DNA of 64,000 nt from Octopus sinensis (taxonomy: Eukaryota), in the NCBI RefSeq assembly GCF_006345805.1, contig NC_042997.1:169756001-169820000 (forward strand), read 5' to 3'. Position numbers and translations under genes: made by a program. How positions within the stretch are numbered: position 1 is the stretch's first letter; every line of letters begins with the position of its first letter. Under the pieces are notes generated by a model. It was not told where the DNA came from and did not search any database. It was given only the letters and a program-made list of their open reading frames with translations. Shown piece by piece: positions 11,781-22,914 of the stretch.

Positions 11781-12739
11781 CCAACTTTGTCATCTGTGCT
11801 CCATCTTGCATATTAAATGGCAGGATCCTGATATAGAGGTCCTGCACAGCAGTGGCACAGTTAATGTGAAAGCCCTCATTATCTCATTGGAGCTGCATTG
11901 GGCAGGCCATATTTGTCAGACAGAGGGCAACAGGCTCCCAAAGTTGTTTTCTGTGCTGAACTGTGTCAGGGCAGAGAGAACTGTGGTGGCCAGAGGTTGT
12001 GATATAGAGATGTGCTGAAAAGACATATGATACATCTCCCCAGACTCCTGGGAAGAGAAGGCTCTATGGCATAATGAATGGCACCAGTCACTGAAGCTCA
12101 TAATTCCAGACATTTGAGAAAAACAACAGAGAATACAAGACAGAATATGAGTGGCATCACTCTTGTGTCAAGCAACTGCATGTGCAGCAGATCAAGAGCA
12201 GGTTTTCTAGCCCACATGTGAACCTACCAGTGATGTCAACATTGACCTATGATGGACAGCAACTGTCACCAATGTTACAGACTTATCTTATAACTATTTC
12301 AGGAGTGAATATCAGAATCATTATGATCTTTCCTGAATCAAATTTATGTTGATTTCCTGTGATCTTAATTCTATTCATTGCATAAATATATAAATGTCAT
12401 AAACCATTCTGATACCAGTTGTTTGCCTGTCTGTACCAATTCAGTTGAAACACTGCCAGTAGCCAATCTTCATTTAGGCAACTATAACATTCCTGCATTT
12501 TAAATTGCAGTTCAAGTTGGAGATTAGACAGGAAGTCAAGCTGAGCACTAACTGTATCATCAGACATAATATTACCTGGTGTGTGTGTGTGTGTGATATA
12601 CTCTATATTCTCTATATGTGTAAATATGTATTGTGTATATGCATATGCAAAAACACAGAAGTACATATGTTGTATATCTTATTTTACTAGTTCCAGTCCA
12701 AGGGCATTGCCTATTTAATTTGTACAGCTTCTAGGAGTT

Positions 12740-14330
12740 TGATCCTATGACCCTTAGTTTTAGTTATTGCAGTGACATTCATTTGTTCGGAATTATAAAT
12801 AGATTATCCAGATACTTCTTGAATACATCCATATCTACTCCCTGTAAATTTCTGTTTCTTTGGTAAGATATTAAAAATCTGTGGGCTTTGAAACCTGAGC
12901 TGTTGCAGTATGTGGCTGATTTTCAAGAGGAGGGTGGAACCTTTGAGATTATGCACTGATCACCAGTAAGGGGATTGTTAAAGCTCTCAGTAATAAAGTG
13001 TGGCCACAAGTCTTTCAAGATCACTGCATAACTTAATTGTTGCACTGAGGTAATTTTCTTTCTGTAACATCATTAGATTATATTATGCATCAGTTGGAGT
13101 GGTGTTCTTATCTTGATTGTTTCTTTCACTACATTTCAGCTGTGTATATTCTGGCCTTCTTCAGGTGTCTGGTAATTTAGCTTAGTATCTTACTTGAGTT
13201 GAACTAAATTTCTGGGTGACTGCACCACATTAACCAACATCTTTATCCATATGGTATAAAATTCCTCACCAAAGAAATATAGAATTGTTATATCATTAGA
13301 TTGTTTTTAGATCTGCTCTTATTTAATGCTGTTTGGTGACCAGAGTTATGAGTAATAGTCCAAATGGCTAAGGACAAAACATTTTCCACAAAAGCATTAT
13401 GTTGTACTAAATAATATCTCAGGATCCATTCCATCATCCTTTTGTATATCATTGCCATCTTGCTAATGTGTACATACAAATTTATGCCCAGGTTATGTAC
13501 AGACTATACTCTCTAACTACTATCCTTCCAGGTCCCTATGTATCCTGGTTGTGGATTGTTTGTAGGCTGATAGTAAAGGGTTTGGAATTTTCAAGCATTA
13601 AATTTCATGTTATTTTCTTCGGCCCTCTTATAGATTGCATTAAAGTCTTGCTGTAGATTTGCAATATTACTGGGATTCTTTATTACCTGAAATACGTTTG
13701 TATTATCAGTATAACTAGTGAGAATGGTTATTTCACAAGCATCTGATATGGCCTCTACAAACGGTAATGGACCCCAAGTCAGTTCCTTCTGAAACAGCTT
13801 AAAAGTTGATGTTTCCTTTGAGAGAACACTATTGGGTTGGCACACCATACATACATGTATGGGTGGACAACCATATGTGGCTAGGATTCTCCACAAACTA
13901 CCATTACACACTCTCAAAAGCCTCATGAAGATTCTAAGTATTATGAGACAAGAAACAATTCTTGATACAGAATTTCTCAGATGCATCCAGTTTATTTGTT
14001 ATGCTCAAGCAGTTCCAACTGCATGTTAGGAAACTAAGTCTAGACAATTACAAGCAATCTTCTATTCTTAGCTTGCAAATACCAGGTGTAGTCTTGATGC
14101 ACCTGTAAAAAATCCAAAAGCAGTCTGAAAGTAACCTTAAAAGACTCTTGGATCAACCCAAACTCATGGGGTGGTCTTACTCAAGACAGGTCTGCATAGA
14201 AAGTTTCTTGCCCTAGTGGTTCCAAGGTATTGAAATGTCAATGAATAAGTATGGCAGGAGCCAGAGGGAACCTTGCAAATCACGCCCTAACTATCCTGGT
14301 ATAGGTGAACATCAGTGTATAGTATATTGC
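12740..14330 (-). mobile_element. CR1-like LINE relic (RT C-terminal half), interrupted near 13085-13260
   Basis: ORF 13986-13591 gives GPLPF..ISD..TSYTDNT..LQQDFNAIYKRAEENNMKFN, resembling the CR1 RT (GPLLF..YADDT..LQ.DL..IY.WA..NNM.FN). C-terminal YCNS..GVDMDVFKKYLDNL at ~12900-12790. Confidence 0.75.
13127..13167 (-). ncRNA. Degenerate minimal type I hammerhead motif
   Basis: Minus strand: CAC-CTGAAGA-A-GGC..GCT-GAAA-TG-TA-GTG. Stem I is CAC/GTG; stem III ATGT is one CpG-type change from palindromic ACGT. Confidence 0.5.
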
Positions 14331-15699
14331 AAATATTCCTCTACTAGAATGGGCCTTCTTGACCACTACAGAACTCATAGTTGAACAAACATCTTTTTTT
14401 TTTCTTACCCTTCTTTCTTTTCTTTTCTTTTGTTTATTTTGCAGCTGCTAAGTCATGGACAAATTTGACAAATTTTAATCAAATTTCATAGTGTGTGTGT
14501 ATGTGCATGTGAGTACCAGCAGTGTGAAATCTATATAATAATCTGCTTGTTCCTTTGCCTGTTATACTTTGGTTAGTAAGAGAGGTGGAGTAAAAATGAG
14601 AGAGAGGGAGAGGAGTGTGAGTAGAGAAGAAAAAAGTGGGGAAGAAGATTTATAATAATGTCAAATGCATCACGTGCTTAGTTGAAGGGAGAGGCAAAGA
14701 GCAAGAGAAAAAAAGGGAGAAAGAAGTACTAACAACAACACAGGATGGGGAAGGAAAGGAAGAGAAAGTGATTTTTCGGATGCAATATTACATGAGGGTA
14801 ATGTTCTGGTAATGAGGTTAAAGAGAGAGATGGACAGGGAGGCAGTTATATTAAGAGACTGAGGGAGGCAGATAGCGTTTGTATTGTCAGATACAGCAAT
14901 GAAATGAAATGAGCTTTGTTACTCAAAACTATAGTGATGATGATGGTGGTGGTGGTGTGTTGATAGTGAAAAGAATTTTTTTTTTTATTGAACTAAATCT
15001 ATATTATTATTATTCTACCTGTTTAGTCACACTTTAGTTTGTTAGAGAGAGAGAGGAAGAGGGAATGTGAGAGAGAGTGAGAGAGCAGATAGCCAGTCAA
15101 TGCATTATGCTGTCACTCTGAGAGAAAGAGAAATGTTAAAGGCATGAAGAGGGGAATTACATGGTTAAAAAGTTTGTTAAAGAGGTAGAGAGCAAGTGAG
15201 AAATAGGGACATTTGAAAATCATACAACATATTATTGTGACTGGAAGTAAAATAACTAAGCAAAACAAAAATGCAAATGATCCTTTCTTTCTTAAAAAGC
15301 TTCTCTTAATTTTTTCATTCTGTGGAATTTCTACAGGTCCCACTATTATGTTAATAGTTAAATAATTTCTCTTGAAGCAAATTCTTCTATAAATAGTAGC
15401 ATATAATACATAGGGTTATATACAACTTAGATGGGAAAAGTTGGAAATTTGCCTGCAGTATTTGAACCATGCATTTTCTCTATCAGTCACACTAAGGCCA
15501 CCTGCTGTCTTCCTTCCATTGAATTAAAAGCCTTAATCTTATCAGGAAGAGAATTTGTTTCCATTTAGTATGCGAATGTAGAATTATTGATAAATATCTA
15601 TATAAATCTATATTGATGATGTTCTCAACTTCAGTTCATAGTGAATTCTGTCCCCCACTCTCTTCCTTCTATACATCAATAACTTATTTATTACCACAT

Positions 15700-16550
15700 C
15701 TTGCAACACCCACTTTCATGCAAGCCTTCATGCCTCCCTCACTTACCCTGACCATACATCATCCACATGCAACCTACACACCATATGCCAAATTTACATT
15801 GATTCTCTAAACAGAGACCTTGAAAGCATCCTCCAGTGGGACCATGCCAACTTTGTTTCTTTTAACTGCAAAAACTTCAGACACTGCTCATATTAAGACA
15901 CACCATTGCTTCAGATCTCTTCTAAATATGTGGCATTATGCTATAGCACTCACAGTTCTCCAGATATTGGGCACTCACAATCACCAAAAATCCCTCCTGA
16001 CAAAAAGCACATCCTTAGCATAGCTATGACTGCATCCTAAAAACTAGCCCTTTTTCTGAGGGACAGATGGTATTTCAGTCTCCAGCAGTTACTGATACCC
16101 TACAGAGTTCAAGTGAAATAGTATATTCACATCTGGGACTGTTTTGCAGCTACACATTGAAATTTTGGGCAGTATTCAGTGAAGACTCACTCAGCTGATT
16201 GTAGTCAGTCACTAATGACCCATAGCTATGTTGTCTCCTCTCTGTCCTTTTTATTGCTGCTATAATACCCCTTTTCTTCAGAACTGACTGGTCTCATAGC
16301 TCTACCACTCAGGCATCCAGAACGCACGCATTTCTCCAGTCTCATCCCGTTTGTTGTGTCCAGTACACCAAGGCTCACATTAACCACTCTGCCTTGTACT
16401 TTCTCTCCAGAATATCAGCTCTTTGGAATCTCTTTATTGCAGATGTTAACTGCAACAGTTTACAAAGAACATTATCACCATCAACTTCTCCAGTCTCGAC
16501 GTGTCCACAAGGCTCAAGGGCACTGTCCCTTCTTCCACATCTAACAAATA
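15700..16550 (+). mobile_element. CR1-like LINE 3' relic
   Basis: Homologous by eye to 46640-47660 (CTGACAAAAAGCACATCC..ATAGCTA, ..CACATCTGGGA), which keeps LYKAQVRPVEYCSHIW. Confidence 0.6.
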
Positions 16551-16639
16551 GCAAAAAAAATAATTAGAATAGAAATTCCAGGCATAGAAATAAAACCTAG
16601 AAACTGGAGGTTTCAAAGTAAATTTAGCACAAACTAGAG

Positions 16640-17290
16640 TATTAGAAAGTGGAAGAAAAGACAAGAATGCTGATACTACCAAGAAAATGTCGAAGCTTGA
16701 CATGTAGAAAAGGAGTATTTAGGAATTCCATACAATGTGCCCAGTGTAAACTATGGGTACCCATGACGTGTAGTGGGATCACAGACAAGCCAGTTAATAT
16801 ACTTTATTTATGACAGATCCAGAGGGGGCAGTAAATATTAAGCAGCACTCTCAAAATAGCTGATAGCTTCTGTTAATATTCAAAGTGAAGGGCAGGTTGC
16901 ATAAAACTTGTGCATGAACGCAGAGGACTTGTGAAAAGTAGAAAAAAATAAAGTGTATATGCCCTGCTGGATGTGTAAAACTAATGTGCTTGGACAATAG
17001 GACATAAATGAATTGAGAGAACAACTGAACATAAGGAGAATCAAATGTAGTGTGCAAGAGAGAAGACTGCACTATTATGGACTTGTAATATATATATAAA
17101 GGAGGATAGCTATCTAAAGAACTGTCACACAAAAGTAAATAGAAACTACAGAAAAGGGAGACTTGCGACAAAATGGTGAAAGCAGATCTAAAGTTATTGT
17201 ATCTTGCAGTGATGATAACAAAAGACCCTATGAACTATCAACACACTATGCAGAAGATCTGCTCATCCTTCTTGGAACGGTGAAACAGAT
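16640..17290 (+). mobile_element. RTE-clade LINE 3' relic
   Basis: RKGVFRNSIQCAQCKLWV (16706-16759), VKGRLHKTCA and ELREQLNIRRIKCSVQERRLHYYGLV match RTE ORF2 C-terminal motifs (..RRLRWYGHV). Confidence 0.7.
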
Positions 17291-17329
17291 GTTGAAGTTT
17301 ATGTATATGTTGGTATGTGTATATGTGTG

Positions 17330-17580
17330 TATCTATAAATAGGCTTGTAGTTTAAGGTAAATGTATTCTACATATTAGCATGTGTGTGTGCAAAATTAAA
17401 AACATGAAGATAAAAATAACAATATAGGGTTTTGTGCTCAGGAAAAACAAAAGCAAAAGTCTTTTACATTTTGAGCATACACTCTTCTACAAAACTACAG
17501 AAAGAATAGATGAGGAGAGAAAAAAGGACAAACATGTCTCAACTAGACCATTGTTGCCTACTTAAATGGCTGTGTGTATA
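17330..17580 (-). mobile_element. Decayed small element, apparently the same family as 40560-40820 (hammerhead-bearing)
   Basis: Minus strand 17496-17459 AGTTTTGTAGAAGAGTGTATGCTCAAAATGTAAAAGAC parallels TTTTCTGATGAAGAGCTTTGCTCAAAACAAAA at 40688. The catalytic core is destroyed. Confidence 0.35.
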
Positions 17581-18696
17581 TATATGTATGCGTAGATAGA
17601 TAGATAGATAGGTAGCCTATCTCTCATTCACACTATATATATATTTAATCATCATCATCACCATATATCAGTGTCCCATGCTGGTATGGTTTGGTTGACT
17701 TGACGGGGTTTGTTGGGCTCAGTGGCTATTGGGCACCTGTTTCTATTTGGTATGGTTTCTATGGATAGAGACCCTTTCTAACACCAACCACTTTACAGTA
17801 TGTACTTGGTGCTTTTTTCATACCACAAACACTAAAAAGGTTGCCAAGCAACTTTCACGACCAAAAGCCTTGAGTGCAATGGTTGTTGAGTACCTTATGC
17901 TAGGAAAATAAAGAGAGGGAAAAGTATGAAAGGAAGTGACCAGAGCAGAACAGGTTTCTTATTGAGGGAAAGCTTATGTGACTACTCACATTTCAGAAGG
18001 GAGATGTAGGTCAGAGTTGGAAAGTAATCTAAGTGGTAATGAGGTGGTGGAAGAGACATTAAAGTTACAAGCTGGGTAGAAATGAGTGGAGCAGAAGTGC
18101 CAGGAGCATATGGATAAAATTGGAGGTGTCTTATTGTGCAGAGTAGCAGAATAGAAATGATGAGAGATGACATGTTGAGTAAGTTGAAGGAGTGGATGCA
18201 GGAGGGCAAAAAGAGAGTTAGATGCAGCATATGAAGAGAATGGTGTGTATGATGGTGACAGAGGAAAAGATAATTTGGTGGAACAGTGGTGCTGTCGAGG
18301 TTTTCAATGAAAGTATTACACAGATGAAGTTGTTTTGGAGAGTAAAGGAGGTGGAATCAAGGTATCAACAATTCCTAAGAGATAGGAACATAAACCAGCT
18401 GCAGTTTGTCAATGACTACATTTTCTACTACTTTTGGCAGTCTTTTAAATGTCATGATCTGGTATTAAAAGAGTTTTGCCAGTCGAATTCATTCCTGTAT
18501 TTAGTTTCATGTCTGTTATTACTAATAGTCCCTTCTCTTTTTTTTATGAGCTCCAAGGTGATCAGTACATAAGCATACCAGCAATACTAATCACATAGCA
18601 GAAAACCAGCACAAATCAGTATGCGTGTGTGTATGTCATATCCATAATCTCACAACACCTCATGCTATGTGTGATGAACATAATTTTAAGTATGTG

Positions 18697-18747
<51 letters not shown>

Positions 18748-18844
18748 TGTATGTATGTATTTATGTATATATATGCATATGTAAACATATATGTGTGTGT
18801 CAGTATATGTATGTATATGTATACATATATATATATATGTGCAT

Positions 18845-20043
18845 CACTTGTGAAGACCTGTTGAGGCAAGTGCTAATCAAATCAAATGACACTTGTGAAG
18901 ACCTGTTGAGGCAAGTGATAATAATAATAATAATAATAATAATCATAATCAAATCAAATCAAAACAGATGAACATCAATGGAATTTGTATCTTTATATGT
19001 GTGTGTCAGTATATGTATGTATATGTATACATATATATATATGTGCATCACTTGTGAAGACCTGTTGAGGCAAGTGCTAATCAAATCAAATGACACTTGT
19101 GAAGACCTGTTGAGGCAAGTGATAATAATAATAATAATCATAATCAAATCAAATCAAAATAGATGAACATCAATGGAATTTGTATCTTTGTGGTACCAAT
19201 GCCGGTGGCACACAAGAAAACCATCCGAACGTGGCGGTAGTCAGTACCACATCGACTGGCCTCCGTGCCGTGGGCACGTAACAAACACCATCCGATCGTG
19301 GCCGTTCGCCAGCCTCATCTGGCACCTGTGTTGGTGGCACATAAAAACACCATCCAAAGACCCGGCAAGACTAGTCAGGCCATAACCCGTGGCCCCTACC
19401 TGGGACGTAGTCAGTCTACCTGTGCATACCTTCCTTCTTATGACACTTGTGAAGACCTGTTGAGGCAAGTATGTGACACTTGTGAAGACCTGTTGAGGCA
19501 AGTGTGTGACAGTTGTGAAGACCTGTTGAGGCAAGTGAAAATCAAACCAAATCAAAATAGATGAACATCAATGGAATTTGTATCTTTGTGGTACCAGTGC
19601 CGGTGGCACACAAGAATACCATCCGAACGTGGCCGTAGCCAGTACCGCATCGACTGGCCTCCGTGCTGTGGGCACGTAACAAACACCATCCGATCGTGGC
19701 CGTTCGCCAGCCTCATCTGGCACTTGTGTCGGTGGCACATAAAAACACCATCCGAGCGTGGCCGTCTGCCAGCCTCGTCTGGCACCTGTGTCGGTGGCAC
19801 ATAAAAAAAAAAACACCATCCGAGCGTGGCCGTTCGCCAGCCTCGTCTGGCACCTGTGTCGGTGGCACATAAAATCACCCACTACACTCTCGGAGTGGTT
19901 GGCGTTAGGAAGGGCATCCAGCTGTAGAAACACTGCCAGATCTGACTGGCCTGGTGCAGCCTTCGGGCTCCCCAGACTCCAGTTGAACCGTCCAACCCAT
20001 GCTAGCATGGAAAGCGGACGTTAAATGAGGATGATGATGATGA
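18845..20043 (+). repeat. Multimeric composite array 1 (RTE-3'UTR-like units ending in a family-B SINE/(GAT)n tail)
   Basis: Repeated 30-bp TGACACTTGTGAAGACCTGTTGAGGCAAGT, (AAATC)n, GATGAACATCAATGGAATTTGTATCTTT (x3) and ~62-bp CCATCCGA.. subrepeats; terminates in GGAAGGGCATCCAGCTGTAGAAAC..CATGCTAGCATGGAAAGCGGACGTTAAA(TGA)n. Confidence 0.9.
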
Positions 20044-20091
20044 TATATATATATATCATTTAATTTATATGTACATATATGTATATATACA

Positions 20092-20145
<54 letters not shown>

Positions 20146-20420
20146 TACATGCTCTGGTCAATAAGTATCTGGACTGTTGACATAGTAATGAAACCAGAGT
20201 ATGCAGAGTAAATCCACTTGGCACAAATTGACCTTGAACTAAGTTTTGATGTTCTAGTTCACTTCCTCTGTTTACAGCAGTGCTTGGAAGGAAGGTGTGT
20301 AGTGTGTGATCATTGCTTCAATCATGACAGAGAAAGTTGAGCTGAGAATCTGCATCAAATTTTGACAAAAGCTTGGTGATACCTGCTCAGAGGCCTATGC
20401 AAAGTTTTCAAAAAGTTTTC

Positions 20421-20716
20421 ATCGTTCTCGACCCAGTCAAATAGAAAGTGATAGTATGTTGTCAACTTAATGTGACAGTCCCATGAAAGGGAAGAATACT
20501 ACTGTTATTTAGCCCTAGGAAACTCTGTTTCCTGTTGGACTTGACACATTTCCTGTGTCCTTACTCCAGACTGATGATGAGCAGTGACTCTGAAACTAGT
20601 CTCTGGATGCTGGCTTTGCTGGGTGCTTATCAAGTCCTACAGGAAACGGTGTTTCCTAGTAGCATTCTTCCCTTTTATAGGACTGTCACATTAAGTTGAT
20701 AACATACTATCACTTT
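20421..20716 (+). mobile_element. Small foldback element carrying a hammerhead (PLE pLTR/retrozyme-like)
   Basis: Inverted arms 20445-20544 and 20630-20716 (13-nt indel) enclose an 85-nt loop that contains the hammerhead. The sequence is unrelated to the flanking mariner. Confidence 0.7.
20565..20607 (+). ncRNA. Minimal type I hammerhead ribozyme
   Basis: TCCAGA-CTGATGA-T-GAG-CAGTGA-CTC-T-GAAA-CTAG-TC^TCTGGA. 6-bp stem I, intact CUGAUGA and GAAA, palindromic stem III ACTAGT, GUC cleavage triplet (cut after 20601). Only deviation: U.U instead of G-C at the base of stem II. Confidence 0.85.
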
Positions 20717-22914
20717 ATCCTGCTGTTGCTGCATAAATCTCTCTGAAAGATTTAGAAATATATTATTTCTACAATGAAAGAGATCTTGTGCCACTGAAAC
20801 CCAAGTGTTCTTTTGGTCAGCTGAAAGCAGTTTTGGCACAAACTTGGCAGACATGCATCTCATACCCAAATCTTCAGTAATAATGGACTGAACTGAACCA
20901 TAACTAGTCTGCAACATACTCTGATAACTTTCTCCTCACAGCTGCATGCACATCAGCAATCATTTTCTCAGTTCTGCTGGTTGCTGGTCTTCTTGAATAT
21001 TTCTCAATATCGACATTTTTTCCAGCCATCTTGGAAACATCTGAACCACTACTACACTTGTACGTGATTCATACACTCCTCTTCATACTTTCTGCAACTT
21101 TGCATAGGCCTCTAAGCAGGTATTGCCATAACAACTTTCTTTGTCATGATTGATGCAATGATCACACACTACACACCTTCCTTCCAAACACTGCTGTAAA
21201 CAGCAGAAGTGAGCTAGAACATAAAAACTTACTGCACATGCACAGCAGAGTTCAAGTTTAATCTTTGCCAAGTAGCTTTACTCTGCATGCTTTAGCTTTG
21301 TTACTATGACAACAGTCCGGATACTTATTGATCAGACCTCTTACATACATGTATATTTATATAAAACACATTATGTATGTTATGCATTGAGTGTCATGAT
21401 ATATTACTCACTTTGCACAGTATAACCACATTCTAGAAAATCTGTGTATATATAACAAATAAAGGAATGAAGATATTGGTATCACATTATCTGGTTACAG
21501 TCATTTCAATAACAGGGTGGAGGTAGATAAACCTTTCAACATGCTGGAACAAAAATATACTATGGTTATGCTGTTTCATTTAATATTAAATGAAATCCAT
21601 CCTTTCAGGGACACTTTCAATGATGCAATATATTTACACATGGATAGGCATGCTTATAAATCAATCAGTGTATTGGGCTTATAATATTGTAGTGAGAAAT
21701 AACCATATTGACATACCTAGGGAATTGAACGGAGTAAAGGGATTGAACTGCCAGAAAGTCATGTACACTATTAGATAAAATTAATTGTGATACCAAGGAC
21801 AGTAGATTAAGTGAGATGAATAATAGACAGTGTAATAGGTTGTCTGAGCAAAGAGGAAGTAATTCAAATTTGGATAGCAGTAAACACAATGATATTCACA
21901 GAGAGGCCCTAATTGGCAATAAGGGCGGGCCAAGAATAAAATCAAAGAAACAAAGATGATGAGAAAAAGAAGGAAGGAGAGAATGAGGGAAAGAAAAGAA
22001 ATATAAAATGTACAATTAATGGAGCTGATGAAATATCAAGTTAAATCATAGTCAAAATGTAATAATAAATTAATATAAAAATATAGTGGAATGAAATAAT
22101 AATAGGATTTCAAGTGCCTCCATGTAACCTAAATTATTACTGTCCTCAACCCCTGCGTAACAAAGTACTATTCATATAATTGACCACTAAATAGAATAAT
22201 CAATATTTCTGATGTTATGGTTCAAAATATATTTTGCTAGTAATATATTACAAAATTTGCACCTATTGTTGCAGGAATGGATACCACTATTCTGTCTCAG
22301 TTTGGACTTTAACATTTGAGAACCAATATAGTAGTATGCTTTACTGGGTGACTGGATGAAACATTTGAATACCATTTTTTTCAGCAGCGTTGGTGGCTCA
22401 AAAGACAATTGCATCAATCCCTACAGTTACACATACTAATAGGTTTACTAAATAACAATCAACAGTAATATTATTGTTAGATCAGGATGCATTAACAGAG
22501 AAACTATAGACAAATTTCGTGGATAATTTGACTTGTGTACCAAATTTTTAATATTACTTAATTTCATATGAATCACCTAGATTCCATCAATCCTCTTTTA
22601 TCTATTATATATATTTATGAGTATGTGTGTGTGTATACACACAGAGAGAGATAAATATAAATTTATAAATCTCTCTCCTACTATATATATACAGGTATTA
22701 TAATTTCACATGTTTTCTATGCTGGCAATCTATGTGTCACTTTTGGCATGGTTTCTATTACTGGATGCCCTTCTTAACACCAGCCACTCTACAGTGCATA
22801 CTGGGTGTTTGGTTTGTTTTCTTTGTTTTTTTATTCCACTGGCACTAGTGAGGTTGCTAAGAAATTTGCAAGGCCTCTCCCTTCCTACATATCCAGCAAG
22901 GCAATTTACTTGAT

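Larger units (their letters stand above)
10320..12260 (+). mobile_element. RTE-clade LINE 3' relic, interrupted by a SINE, the inverted duplication and a microsatellite
   Basis: Collinear RTE ORF2 remnants: RLSRAADMFGLMVNTLKTELLYQPPP (~10344-10415), KIKIYSTAALPCLLLSTECTALYHRHIK (~10980-11061), QLCHLCSILHIKWQD..ELHWAGHI..RLPK (from 11782). Confidence 0.8.
20148..21341. mobile_element. Mariner-derived element built from two left (5') ends in inverted orientation
   Basis: Both ends carry the TIR (..TCTG[G/A]TCAATAAGTATC[T/C]GGACTGTTG..), the same 5'UTR and a transposase start: ATG at 20324 (+, MTEKVELRICIKF) and at 21147 (-, continuing to MRCMSAKFVPKLLSADQK in ORF 20917-20675). TA flanks. Confidence 0.85.

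Noticed and set aside
11518-11847. ORFs rich in [12 protein letters not shown] (also 18625-19166, 27947-28478, 38435-38898, 52287-52643, 53110-53313 and others)
   Set aside because: Translations of microsatellites and SINEs, not genes.
15113-15343. 76-aa hydrophobic ORF resembling a small membrane protein
   Set aside because: Non-ATG start, AT-rich composition explains the hydrophobicity, and no recognisable motif.
18845-19540. CRISPR-like look of the 30-bp semi-palindromic repeat TGACACTTGTGAAGACCTGTTGAGGCAAGT (also 30868-31980)
   Set aside because: Eukaryotic context, no cas genes; repeats are directly adjacent or separated by recurring, non-unique sequence of very uneven length.
19173-20024. 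Overlapping 70-150-aa ORFs in both arrays (MEFVSLWYQCRWHT.., MCHRHRCQMRLANGH..; also 30398-32289)
   Set aside because: GC-rich tandem repeats are open in several frames on both strands; no domain similarity recognised.
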